A stretch of DNA of 50,245 bases from Candidatus Sumerlaeales bacterium (GTDB lineage Bacteria; Sumerlaeota; Sumerlaeia; Sumerlaeales; Sumerlaeaceae), in assembly GCA_038243585.1 (NCBI GenBank), contig JBBSQY010000022.1:1-50245 (forward strand). Reading direction: 5' to 3'. The notes beneath the pieces were generated by a model. It did not search any database, was not told the origin of the DNA, and saw only the letters and a list, made by a program, of their open reading frames with translations. Within the stretch, counting starts at the first letter, position 1. Every line of letters starts with the position of its first letter. A program made the position numbers and the translations under genes. Positions 30,284-39,677 of the stretch are shown in pieces.

Positions 30284-31522
30284 ATGAGCGGGAACGAAAA
30301 AAAAATCCACCGGGTGCTGGTAAACACCGGGCAACCTATGGTTGTGCCCCGGTATGGGACATTTGCCTTGCGACGCAGCCGTCTGATGAAACGCCGCTTT
30401 CGCCAGGTGTTTTACGCAACTGGCATGATACTATCCATGGCCGCAATTGGTCAGGCCAGCTATGGATTTTTAATGGAAATTCCCTATTTTTCTGTAAAAG
30501 AACCTACAATTGAGGGCGTCTCAGAACCTTTGCGCAAAGAAATTGAAGGCCTCGTGCGCTCTTTGACAGACCTTCAACCCAATTTGTTGAATTTAGACAC
30601 CAGCGAGCTGGAAAGTCAAATTGCGCGTCATCCGCGAATTCGCGACATCAATGTAAGCAAAACGTATCCTGATCACCTGAAAATAACAGCCGTCGAACGC
30701 AAAGAAGTTGCTATCGCAATTACAGCTAATGGCAGCTTCCTCTTGGACAACGAAGGTCACGTTATGGGCAAAATGGCCCTGAAGGACTTGAAAGCAGCTT
30801 CGTATCCCTATATAACAGGCCTGTTAGCTGAGGGGGTTAACGAGGGTGAAACGATAGATAGCGCCAGCTTGGGGAAAGCTCTGAGCCTTTTGCAGGTGCT
30901 TGAGGCGCGGAATCCAAAGTTGTATACCGCTATTTCAGATATCCATATTCAGAGCGACACCGTGTCTCCCCTGGAAACCTTAACAGCACACATGAAGGGT
31001 GGCCTTTTAAAAGGCGGTCTGGAAATTCGGTTTGGCGACCAGAATCCTGTGGAAAAGCTGCCTGCCCTGGAGACACTGCTTACGAAGCTTAAAGATGACG
31101 GCATCGATCCTTTTGAAAAACTAGCCTATATTGACCTTCGTTTTGACGACATGGCTGTTTATATGGATAAAGAGACAGCACTGGATATAATACGGCAGCA
31201 GTATGACGAATTGCAAAAAGGGGTTGACCAGGCCACGGAGCAATATCAGGCTGCAAATCCTGTGAATGGTGGTGAAAAGAAAAAGAGCGAATCATCCTCA
31301 GACGACGCAAACAACGCTCCGTCTCGCAAGAGTACGAACGTTAAAAAAGCTCGCAGATCGCCTACGACTCCCCCCAGAGCCGCCCAACCACCGCCACGGA
31401 ATCAAAATTATGCGCAACCTTATCAACAATATGCTCCTTCCGGGGGTAGTCAGCTTCGCCAAGCTCCGCAGACGCGAGGAGCCGCGCCGTTGTACAATCT
31501 TCCAGCAAACCAGCCGAGGTAA
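30284..31522 (+). CDS. ftsQ: Cell division protein FtsQ/DivIB with a long C-terminal extension
   Basis: Basic N-terminus, single TM, POTRA-like PNLLNLD...HPRIRDINVSKTYPDHLKITAVER, PYITG, YIDLRF motif; lies upstream of ftsA. Confidence 0.85.
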   Translation: MSGNEKKIHRVLVNTGQPMVVPRYGTFALRRSRLMKRRFRQVFYATGMILSMAAIGQASYGFLMEIPYFSVKEPTIEGVSEPLRKEIEGLVRSLTDLQPNLLNLDTSELESQIARHPRIRDINVSKTYPDHLKITAVERKEVAIAITANGSFLLDNEGHVMGKMALKDLKAASYPYITGLLAEGVNEGETIDSASLGKALSLLQVLEARNPKLYTAISDIHIQSDTVSPLETLTAHMKGGLLKGGLEIRFGDQNPVEKLPALETLLTKLKDDGIDPFEKLAYIDLRFDDMAVYMDKETALDIIRQQYDELQKGVDQATEQYQAANPVNGGEKKKSESSSDDANNAPSRKSTNVKKARRSPTTPPRAAQPPPRNQNYAQPYQQYAPSGGSQLRQAPQTRGAAPLYNLPANQPR

Positions 31523-31611
31523 AGATTTGCCTGAATCAACTAGTGCAAGATTTTATGGATTAATGCGCGCAAACCTAAACTTTCTGGGGGCGGCGGCGCC
31601 GCGCGATATCC

Positions 31612-32850
31612 ATGCGTAAACGCAGGCAGAAATTCGTTTCCGGTCTCGATATCGGTACGACCAAGATTTGCTGTATCATCGGTCAGATTGACGAAGATAA
31701 TCAAATCACGATCCTCGGCGTGGGCAGCCACCCCAGCCAGGGCCTGAAAAAAGGCATGGTCGTAGATATCGAAGCGACCGTCGACAGCATTCAAAAGGCA
31801 GTACAAAAAGCTGAACAGATGGCCGATGTTGAAGTGCGCGAGGTATTCGTGGGCATTGCCGGCGGTCACATTACCAGTCAGAACAGCCGCGGTGTGGTGG
31901 AAGTGCAAAATCCGGTTCGAGGTGTGAACGAGCTGGACCGCCAGCGGGTGTTGGACAAGGCCCGTAACATCACGGTGCCGAAAGATGTGGAGATTATCCA
32001 CGCCATACCGCAGGAATACGTATGCGACGGTCAGCCGGGTATCAAAAATCCCATTGGCATGAGCTGCAGCACCCTTGAAGTGCGAGTTCATCTGGTGCTG
32101 GCGGCGGTTACGAGCGCTTCAAACATAGTGCGCTGTATTAATTTGGCGGGACTGCGCACGCGAGACATTCTGCTGGAATCCCTGGCGTCTTCCCTCGCAA
32201 TTCTCAGCGATAACGAAAAAGACCTCGGTGTGCTTCTGATCGATATCGGCGGCGGCACCAGCGATGTTGCAGTGTTTACAGGCGGGAGCGTGAAATTCAG
32301 CGGCGTCATTCCCCTGGGTGGTGATTCCATTACCAATGACATTGCTTACGGTCTGAAGATTTCCAGATATGACGCGGAAAACGTTAAGAAAAAGTATGCA
32401 AGCTCACTGGTCGATTCCGTTGATCCCGACGAAGTCATTGAAGTTTCGGACGTTCTGAAGAACTCCAGGGTCTCGGCTAATCGTCGTTTTCTTTGCGAAA
32501 TCGCGGAAGCCCGTCTGGAACAGATTTTTATGATGGCCCGACAAATGGTGGAATCGTCTCCGGTAGCCAACAATATCTACGGGGGCGTAGTGTTGACGGG
32601 CGGAACCTCACTTTTTCACGGGATTACAGAACTGGCAGAACGTCTCTTCGAGATGCCTGCAAAGGTGGGTATTCCCCAGGGGCTGAAGGGAATGAGCGGC
32701 GTGGTAAGCTCTCCGATCTACAGCACTGGTATCGGCCTTGTGGTACACGGCCTGACGGCGGAGCCAGCTAACTCGCAGTATTACACGACCGGCAACATGT
32801 TTAACAAGCTGGTATACAACTTCAAAAGGTTTATCGACTGGTATTCGTAA
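31612..32850 (+). CDS. ftsA: Cell division protein FtsA
   Basis: GLDIGTTKIC, SQGLKKG, IDIGGGTSD, GGDSITNDIA, VLTGG; amphipathic C-terminal helix. Confidence 0.97.
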   Translation: MRKRRQKFVSGLDIGTTKICCIIGQIDEDNQITILGVGSHPSQGLKKGMVVDIEATVDSIQKAVQKAEQMADVEVREVFVGIAGGHITSQNSRGVVEVQNPVRGVNELDRQRVLDKARNITVPKDVEIIHAIPQEYVCDGQPGIKNPIGMSCSTLEVRVHLVLAAVTSASNIVRCINLAGLRTRDILLESLASSLAILSDNEKDLGVLLIDIGGGTSDVAVFTGGSVKFSGVIPLGGDSITNDIAYGLKISRYDAENVKKKYASSLVDSVDPDEVIEVSDVLKNSRVSANRRFLCEIAEARLEQIFMMARQMVESSPVANNIYGGVVLTGGTSLFHGITELAERLFEMPAKVGIPQGLKGMSGVVSSPIYSTGIGLVVHGLTAEPANSQYYTTGNMFNKLVYNFKRFIDWYS

Positions 32851-32854
32851 AGCT

Positions 32855-32879
32855 GGACAGGCATTTTGCCTGTCCTTTT
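32855..32879 (+). terminator. Rho-independent terminator after ftsA
   Basis: GGACAGGCA-ttt-TGCCTGTCC-TTTT starting 4 nt after the ftsA stop. Confidence 0.8.
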
Positions 32880-32946
32880 ACGAAGTAGGATGGGCTTTTT
32901 GCCAGTCCTTTAGGAATTTTCATCCGTTGACGAGCGAATAACCATT

Positions 32947-33031
32947 TGGTGCCGGCGGAGGGACTTGAACCCCCACGAGTTACCCCGCCAGATCCTAAGT
33001 CTGGTGCGTCTGCCAATTCCGCCACGCCGGC
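32947..33031 (-). tRNA. tRNA-Leu (anticodon TAG)
   Basis: Reverse complement GCCGGCGTGGCGGAATTGGCAGACGCACCAGACTTAGGATCTGGCGGGGTAACTCGTGGGGGTTCAAGTCCCTCCGCCGGCACCA. Confidence 0.97.
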
Positions 33032-33094
33032 CCGGGTTACGAGGAACATTTAACCAATGAAATCAGACTCTATTCCAGACAGGACATCATCAAA

Positions 33095-34582
33095 ATGATT
33101 ATGGGTAAAAGACGACTGAAAATCTTTGTTATGGCGGCGATTGTTTCGCTGCTCTACACGGTCTTCGGCCAGGCTCGGACAACTGACACTTCCACCACGG
33201 AGACAAAAAAAACTACTACTTCCCTGACGGCGATTGATGCAGAAACTACGCAGACGGTGGACGAGAAACAGGCTTCTGAGTCTGCCAAGGTGCAACAGAC
33301 CGCCCACCACGCTCTGCCTAAGATTCTAGTGACGCTGATGCTGATTCTGATGGTCGCCAAAATCGGGGGCGATTTAATGGAGCGTATAGGACAGCCCGCG
33401 GTATTGGGCGAACTCCTTTTTGGTATAATACTGGGAAACCTGGCGCTTTTTCGACTCCCCTTTCTGGAGCCGCTGGTCGACAAAGTCTTTAACGATCAGG
33501 AAGTTGCCATTTTTATAACCCTGCTTGCAGAACTGGGAGTAATATTGCTCCTGTTCGAGGTGGGACTTGAATCGACCTTGCGCGAAATGTTAGCTGTCGG
33601 GCCATCCGCACTGCTGGTGGCCACCCTTGGGGTGGTTGCTCCCATTGGCCTTGGGTTTCTGGCGGGCGTGTGGTTTCTTCCGGAAGATCCGTGGACGGTT
33701 CACCTGTTCCTGGGCGCGGTCCTTGCGGCCACAAGCGTAGGTATAACCGCGCGGGTGCTCAAAGACATTGGCCGCATGGAGATGCGCGAATCTAAGATAA
33801 TCCTCGGTGCTGCGGTTATCGATGATATCCTGGGTTTGGTAGTGCTGGCAGTAGCCAGCGGAGCAATCGTGGCAGCAAACTCCGGAACCAGTCTGGAGGC
33901 GGGCAGTATTGCTCTTATTGTTTTTAAAGCCGTAGGCTTTTTCGTTGTCGCCATCGCCGTGGGTAAAATCATATCGCCGGGAATGTATAAGCTGGCGACC
34001 TACCTTCAGGTTCGAGGGGTGTTGCTCAGCCTCACTCTTGGCTGGTGCTTCTTTGTCGCCTGGCTGGGCAGCCTGGTGGGCGTGGCGCCAATAGTGGGCG
34101 CGTTTGCCGCGGGACTTGTCTTGGAAGACGCAACATTTAAGGACTGGCACGGACGTGACATGGAATTGGAAGATCTCCTTCGCCCGATAACAGCGTTTCT
34201 CGTCCCTGTTTTTTTCGTTTACACAGGCATGAACGTGCAGCTGTCAACTTTCGCAAATGTCAACATCCTGGGTTTTGCAGCTACCTTGACGTTTTTCGCG
34301 ATCATCGGCAAACAAATTTGCTCCCTGGGCGTGTGGGATAAAACGCTTAATAAACTGGCTATAGGCGTAGGAATGATTCCGCGCGGCGAAGTCGGTCTAA
34401 TCGTAGCTAATATTGGGCGCGGTCTAAAATCATCCGACGGCAAACCAATCATATCATCCGACACGTTCAGTGCCACTGTTATCATGGTAGTTATAACAAC
34501 AATGATCACTCCACCGTTGCTTAAATGGACGCTGGAGCGAGGAGACGCCAAATTGAAAAGGGCCGGCGCAGTACCGGAATAA
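33095..34582 (+). CDS. Cation:proton antiporter, CPA2 family, with a signal-like N-terminus and Thr-rich linker
   Basis: GQPAVLGELL, GVILLLFEVGLE, ATSVGITARVL, AAVIDDILG, GAFAAGL, GMIPRGEVGLI. Confidence 0.93.
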   Translation: MIMGKRRLKIFVMAAIVSLLYTVFGQARTTDTSTTETKKTTTSLTAIDAETTQTVDEKQASESAKVQQTAHHALPKILVTLMLILMVAKIGGDLMERIGQPAVLGELLFGIILGNLALFRLPFLEPLVDKVFNDQEVAIFITLLAELGVILLLFEVGLESTLREMLAVGPSALLVATLGVVAPIGLGFLAGVWFLPEDPWTVHLFLGAVLAATSVGITARVLKDIGRMEMRESKIILGAAVIDDILGLVVLAVASGAIVAANSGTSLEAGSIALIVFKAVGFFVVAIAVGKIISPGMYKLATYLQVRGVLLSLTLGWCFFVAWLGSLVGVAPIVGAFAAGLVLEDATFKDWHGRDMELEDLLRPITAFLVPVFFVYTGMNVQLSTFANVNILGFAATLTFFAIIGKQICSLGVWDKTLNKLAIGVGMIPRGEVGLIVANIGRGLKSSDGKPIISSDTFSATVIMVVITTMITPPLLKWTLERGDAKLKRAGAVPE

Positions 34583-34691
34583 GAGCCGGAATGGCGCCTC
34601 GGAGGAGACTACATAGACGGCCTTCCACTAGAGAAGAAATGATAACCACCGCAACCTTTACGGCGGGTCTTTTTTGACTCCGGTCGGTTTG

Positions 34692-35444
34692 TTATCTAAA
34701 ACTATCGGGATCCTGATGGCGAGCTAGTAAATACATCCCGCGCAGGGTAAGTCCGGGAATCGATCTCGCATCATCAAACTTCATTATTTTGGTCAGCAAA
34801 GCGCAGTCGCCGCCGGTAAATATAACAGACGCCGAAGCCATTTCAGGTATTTGACGCATATTCCTGATCAAGCGTTCAATACCCCCCGCGCAGCTGTGCA
34901 GTATACCAATCTGTATTGCAGAGACTGTGTCAGTTCCGACGGTGGGTATGTCTGAATTTACAGTTACCATTGGTAGACTGGCGGTTCCAGCTTTAAGCGC
35001 TTCGGCCTGAAGACGAATTCCTGGCAGAATTGCTCCTCCCAGGAAGGTGGCATCCTGTCCAACGGCTTCCATCGTTATCGCTGATCCAACATCGACAACA
35101 ATTACTGGAAGTCGACCAACTTCTATTGCCGCCGCTACATTAGCTAACCGGTCTATCCCAGCTTGACCCGCAGCGTAGGCGTTGCGAAATGGCAACGGGC
35201 AATCTCGATCCAAAACGATGACAACCAAGCTACGTCTACGCAGTTTCGTCACAAGGTTGGTTGTAAGTTCCGGTTGGCCGCTTGATCCAACAATGACAAC
35301 GGATGCGCTCAAAAATGGGGTTAATGAAAAAATAGTCTCAATGTTAGTTAAGCTAACTACTGAAACATTTTCAGGATAATTCGAGTCTGAAAGCCCGGCT
35401 ACCTTTGCTGTGCTATTACCTATGTCAATGACAACGACCTTCAA
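34692..35444 (-). CDS. coaX: Type III pantothenate kinase
   Basis: IDIGNSTAK, GIDRLAN, VVDVGSAIT, GGAILPG, TGGD, LTLRG. Confidence 0.92.
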   Translation of the reverse strand: MKVVVIDIGNSTAKVAGLSDSNYPENVSVVSLTNIETIFSLTPFLSASVVIVGSSGQPELTTNLVTKLRRRSLVVIVLDRDCPLPFRNAYAAGQAGIDRLANVAAAIEVGRLPVIVVDVGSAITMEAVGQDATFLGGAILPGIRLQAEALKAGTASLPMVTVNSDIPTVGTDTVSAIQIGILHSCAGGIERLIRNMRQIPEMASASVIFTGGDCALLTKIMKFDDARSIPGLTLRGMYLLARHQDPDSFR

Positions 35445-36244
35445 TTCCCCTCCTTCACATCATCAGGAAACCATGTCCTTACAACCTGACTACTGTATAT
35501 AAGCTCCCGGCCTTCGTCCGTATCCAGGATCAAAGTTCCATTGGCAGCAATGGAGTGCGCGATGCCAGTCAAAATTTTATCTCCGATATTTACGCAGATT
35601 AACCGTCCAAGTGTTTCGCAAAGTTCATTCATATAGTCCGCCGACGCGGCAAATACTTCCGGGTGCAGAATCTCATCTATCGACCGAAGGATAGACTGAA
35701 GAACATGTTCTCGTGGGATTAGCAGTCCATTTTCGAGAAAGATTGAGCTGGCGGGCGTTCGTACATCGGAAGGCAGTCCATCCATGTCCTGCAGGCAATT
35801 TATTCCGAATCCGACAAGGACGACCTCGTCGTACGCCTCAATTAAAATCCCACCAAGCTTTCTTCCATCAACAACAATATCATTGGGATACTTGATGCGC
35901 GCCATGGGCACGAAGTCAGCGATTCCTTGACAGATCGCAACTGGTATGGCAGATGCAAGTAACGACAATTGGGTAGCATCTGCATGTCCAGGCAACCTCG
36001 TTCGCGCCAATATCAACGTGGCCAGCAGCGATGTGCCTGTGGGTGCAGACCAAGTTCGTCCGTGTCTACCTTTGCCACCAGTCTGATGATCCGCCACAAG
36101 CAAAGTACCGTGAAAATGTGATCCAGCAGCCGCACCCATCAGCCTCCTCGCCTGACTCATAGTGCTGTCGATTTTGGCATAGCAATAAAATCGGGAAACG
36201 ATAGGGATGGCGGCGAAAAGGTCCTGTAACAGCGTCGAATTCAC
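35441..36244 (-). CDS. birA: Biotin--[acetyl-CoA carboxylase] ligase (no HTH domain)
   Basis: IDSTM, QTGGKGRHGRTW, IKYPNDI...KLGGILIE, GFGINC. Confidence 0.92.
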   Translation of the reverse strand: MNSTLLQDLFAAIPIVSRFYCYAKIDSTMSQARRLMGAAAGSHFHGTLLVADHQTGGKGRHGRTWSAPTGTSLLATLILARTRLPGHADATQLSLLASAIPVAICQGIADFVPMARIKYPNDIVVDGRKLGGILIEAYDEVVLVGFGINCLQDMDGLPSDVRTPASSIFLENGLLIPREHVLQSILRSIDEILHPEVFAASADYMNELCETLGRLICVNIGDKILTGIAHSIAANGTLILDTDEGRELIYSSQVVRTWFPDDVKEGN

Positions 36245-37431
36245 GGCAACGAGAGCGTACGCCGCACCGCGTAGTCAAATTTCTTAGCCATGTTGTCCAG
36301 TGTCAGGTGCGCGATCGATTCAAAAACAGATTCGTTACGAGACACAGGTACATTTTCACACCAGCTATTAAGAAAATCCGCAAACAAGTGGGGTGGAGTT
36401 TCTCGAGGCAACAGCGTCGAATTTTTAGTATTAAGGTATTCAATTTCGGGACCGTGCGTTTCTAAATTAAATCCCAAAACAGGCATTTCATGAGCCAACG
36501 GCTGCAAAATACCTAGACCTATCATACCCGGCGCAATATACGCGTCTGCGGCGGTCAAATATTGTCCGAGTATGACCGGATCACTTACAGACCCAACGAA
36601 TGATACTCCAACTGCTGATTGCAGTGAAGAATCAAAGTCGATGTTCCCTCCACCGATAACAATGAGCTTTGCACATGAGTTCAAATTAACCAGCGTGTTA
36701 AACGTTTCAATTAAATATTCGATCCGTCTGCCCGGCAGCAACCGACCCACCATCACGAAAATCTTATCGTCTTTTTGAAACCCTAGCATGGCTCTAATAG
36801 CCACACGATCTGGCAATTGGGTTAACGCAATCTCACGTTGCCGTTGCAAATCCACCGTGTTATCTATAACATAAACCTTGCTGGGACAATGTCCATTTTT
36901 AACTAGTTCTGTTTTTTGGCCCTCGGTATAAGCGAAAAAAGCATCAGCTTTATGTACATACCGTCTTTTAATATGGGACTTAAACCGTTGAAAACATTTA
37001 GAGTTTTCCGTATCAGACAAGTTCATATTTGACGCGTGTCCCCATAATGCCCAGCGACAATTTGGATTACGGGTGAGCCCATACCACGGATAAGATAAGT
37101 TCGACAATTGCGTATCTGTTATTATAAGGGATGCTCTGTCCACATAGCTGCCCATCGATTGCCAGACAAATTGCTTTCTGCCCATGCACCAATGTCCTGT
37201 AGAAGTCGGCAGAGTTTGAAAACCGAAGTTATCAATTTGCACTTCTTCACAAAAATCATTACTTCGCTCTTGTTGATTCGGGTCAAATACGACGCCGAAG
37301 TTCCACTCATCACCTGCCATCTCTTTTAACTTTTGATAAAAAGGAACGCGATAATGGGGAATTGCTGACTGGTGTCCGATCACCACAAAGGGACGGGGTC
37401 TTGCGCTTATACCATTAACTGCATGTTTCAC
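36241..37431 (-). CDS. Glycosyltransferase family 4 (GT-B), low GC
   Basis: IPHYRVPFY, LWGH, VIDNTVD, FVMVGRL, GLGILQPLAHEMPV, HGPEIEYL. Confidence 0.85.
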   Translation of the reverse strand: MKHAVNGISARPRPFVVIGHQSAIPHYRVPFYQKLKEMAGDEWNFGVVFDPNQQERSNDFCEEVQIDNFGFQTLPTSTGHWCMGRKQFVWQSMGSYVDRASLIITDTQLSNLSYPWYGLTRNPNCRWALWGHASNMNLSDTENSKCFQRFKSHIKRRYVHKADAFFAYTEGQKTELVKNGHCPSKVYVIDNTVDLQRQREIALTQLPDRVAIRAMLGFQKDDKIFVMVGRLLPGRRIEYLIETFNTLVNLNSCAKLIVIGGGNIDFDSSLQSAVGVSFVGSVSDPVILGQYLTAADAYIAPGMIGLGILQPLAHEMPVLGFNLETHGPEIEYLNTKNSTLLPRETPPHLFADFLNSWCENVPVSRNESVFESIAHLTLDNMAKKFDYAVRRTLSLP

Positions 37432-37443
37432 AACAATTAAATA

Positions 37444-38319
37444 CTACCCGTTAAGCGCTTCCGCGCCGCCTACTATTTCAAGGATTTCTTTGGTGATGGC
37501 TGCCTGGCGTGCCTTGTTCATGGCGAGAGACACTTTTTCAATCAGTTCGCTCGAATTCTTGGTTGCCGCGCTCATGGCAATCATTCGCGCGCTGTGTTCG
37601 GCGGTAAAAGTTTCTGCCATAATGATATACATTTTGCTGTTGATATAGCGAGGAAGCAGCGATTGGAAGACCTCTTCAGCGCTGGGTTCCATAATGTACT
37701 CACCCGTAGCGCCGGCAGCGGAATCTGTCGCCGTCGATAAAAGCGCTTCCGGATCCAACGGCAACATCTGCTCAACCGTTGGGCGATAAACGAGTGTTGA
37801 AACAAACGAATTATAAAGCACCGAGAGCTCATCCGTCTGCCCTGACAGAAACAGTTCTGTCAGACGATCGGCTACTTCGTTGGTGCGCTCGTAGGTCAGT
37901 TTGCCACCGAAATCGGTGACGCTAAAGATGATGTTCCATTGGCGGGATTTGAAATAGTCATAGCCCTTTTTTCCGATGCAAACCAGTTCAATGGGCGTTG
38001 CCGATGATTTAAGCATCTGCTCGGCGCGCTTAATGAGCTGAGCGTTAAACGATCCGGCCAGGCCGCGGTCCGAAGTCACCAGCACCAGCACGCGCTTGCG
38101 CACTTCGCGCTTATCAAAGAATGGATGGCTCGCCGTGGCACTGCCAGCCAGACGTCCCAGCAACTCCTGCAACTTCATGGCATATGGACGTCCAGCCATG
38201 AGAAGGTCCTGGGCTCGGCGTAGCTTGGCCGCGCTTACCATTTCCATGGCCCGTGTTATCTGCTTTGTGTTCTTGATAGAGCGCAGACGGCGCCTTAGCG
38301 ATTTAACGTTTTCAGCCAT
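37444..38319 (-). CDS. atpG: F1 ATP synthase gamma subunit
   Basis: IKNTKQITRAMEMVSAAKL, TSDRGLAGSFN, EHSARMIAM, NKARQAAITKEILEIVGGAEAL. Confidence 0.97.
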   Translation of the reverse strand: MAENVKSLRRRLRSIKNTKQITRAMEMVSAAKLRRAQDLLMAGRPYAMKLQELLGRLAGSATASHPFFDKREVRKRVLVLVTSDRGLAGSFNAQLIKRAEQMLKSSATPIELVCIGKKGYDYFKSRQWNIIFSVTDFGGKLTYERTNEVADRLTELFLSGQTDELSVLYNSFVSTLVYRPTVEQMLPLDPEALLSTATDSAAGATGEYIMEPSAEEVFQSLLPRYINSKMYIIMAETFTAEHSARMIAMSAATKNSSELIEKVSLAMNKARQAAITKEILEIVGGAEALNG

Positions 38320-38459
38320 GTCTTTTGCGTTGCCCCGTTACTTTAATATCGTATTTATTGATTAAACTTGTGCGCGACGGCGTGCAATAGATCTTCTTGC
38401 ATCGCGTTCAGTCAGCAGAAATACATCTGACACCATCGCATCAAGGCGGTTATAACCAC

Positions 38460-39626
38460 GTGAAGAAAATTCTGTTCATTGCTGGCACTCGTCCGGAGGC
38501 AATAAAAATCGCGCCGGTGTACCTGGCGATGAAACGGCGGCATAAATTTGATCCTATACTGTGCGCAACGGGGCAGCACTCAGACCTGATGCGCCACGGG
38601 TTGGAGCCTTTTGGAATTACTCCGGAAATATCTTTGGACACCATGAGATCCGGACAGCCGCTGCATCGACTTCTTGGAATGCTTTTTCAGCAGATCGGCG
38701 ATGTCATGGCACAGGTACAGCCAGACGTGGTTATAGTGCAGGGTGATACGGTGTCGGCCTTTGCAGGGGGATGGTGCGCCTTTTATGAAAAAATTTCTGT
38801 GACTCACATTGAGGCCGGGCTTCGCACGGGAAACCTTCACCACCCGTTTCCGGAAGAAGCCACACGTAGAGCCTTAACGATTGTTTCTCATATCCACATG
38901 GCTCCAACGGATGCAGCCCGTCAGAATCTTCTTAAAGAGGGCGTCCCTGCCAGAAATGTCGTTGTTACAGGTAACACGGCCATTGACGCGCTATACATGA
39001 CTTTGGAAAAGCGGTCCAGCCTGGCGGCGGACGGCTCGACGAGCCATCCCTACCCAAAGCCGTACGGCTCGGCGAGCCATGGCTATCCGAACACAGCCCG
39101 CCGCCAGATATTGGTTACGGGACACAGACGCGAAAATCTGGGAACCGGGCTTCAAAACCTGTGCGAGGCCCTGCTACATCTGGCGAAGAACTTCTCTGAT
39201 GTGGACATCATCTTTTCGGTGCATCCGAACCCCGCTGTGGATGGTCCGGTCCGCGAACTGCTAGGCTCCACGGCAAACATCCGCCTAGTTCCCCCACAGG
39301 ATTATCAGCAGTTTGTCGATTTAATGGCTGATTGCTATTTGATCATCAGCGACAGCGGTGGTGTGCAGGAGGAAGCACCGGCGCTGGGCAAGCCCGTGCT
39401 GGTGACCCGCACGACCACGGAGCGCCCGGAGGCCATTGAGCGTGGCGCGAACCGGCTGATAGGCTGTGAGACAAACGCCATTATCGAGGCCGCCACCGAA
39501 CTGCTAACCGACGCCGGCGTGTATCAAAAGATGTCAGCCGCCGGTTGCCCGTATGGCGACGGGAAGGCATCTCAGAGAATTTGTGATTACCTGGAAGGGT
39601 TGCCGGTGTCGGACTTTATTGGTTGA
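38460..39626 (+). CDS. wecB: UDP-N-acetylglucosamine 2-epimerase (non-hydrolysing)
   Basis: GTRPEAIK, TGQH, VQGDT, HIEAGLR, PFPEE, TGHRREN, SDSGGVQEEAP, PYGDG. Confidence 0.96.
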   Translation: MKKILFIAGTRPEAIKIAPVYLAMKRRHKFDPILCATGQHSDLMRHGLEPFGITPEISLDTMRSGQPLHRLLGMLFQQIGDVMAQVQPDVVIVQGDTVSAFAGGWCAFYEKISVTHIEAGLRTGNLHHPFPEEATRRALTIVSHIHMAPTDAARQNLLKEGVPARNVVVTGNTAIDALYMTLEKRSSLAADGSTSHPYPKPYGSASHGYPNTARRQILVTGHRRENLGTGLQNLCEALLHLAKNFSDVDIIFSVHPNPAVDGPVRELLGSTANIRLVPPQDYQQFVDLMADCYLIISDSGGVQEEAPALGKPVLVTRTTTERPEAIERGANRLIGCETNAIIEAATELLTDAGVYQKMSAAGCPYGDGKASQRICDYLEGLPVSDFIG

Positions 39627-39677
39627 GAGATGTCTCTGTTAGCGTCGAAACACCTCTCAACCAAACGTTACGCTACG

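Noticed and set aside
32831..33049. 72-aa minus-strand ORF
   Set aside because: It is a read-through of the tRNA-Leu gene.
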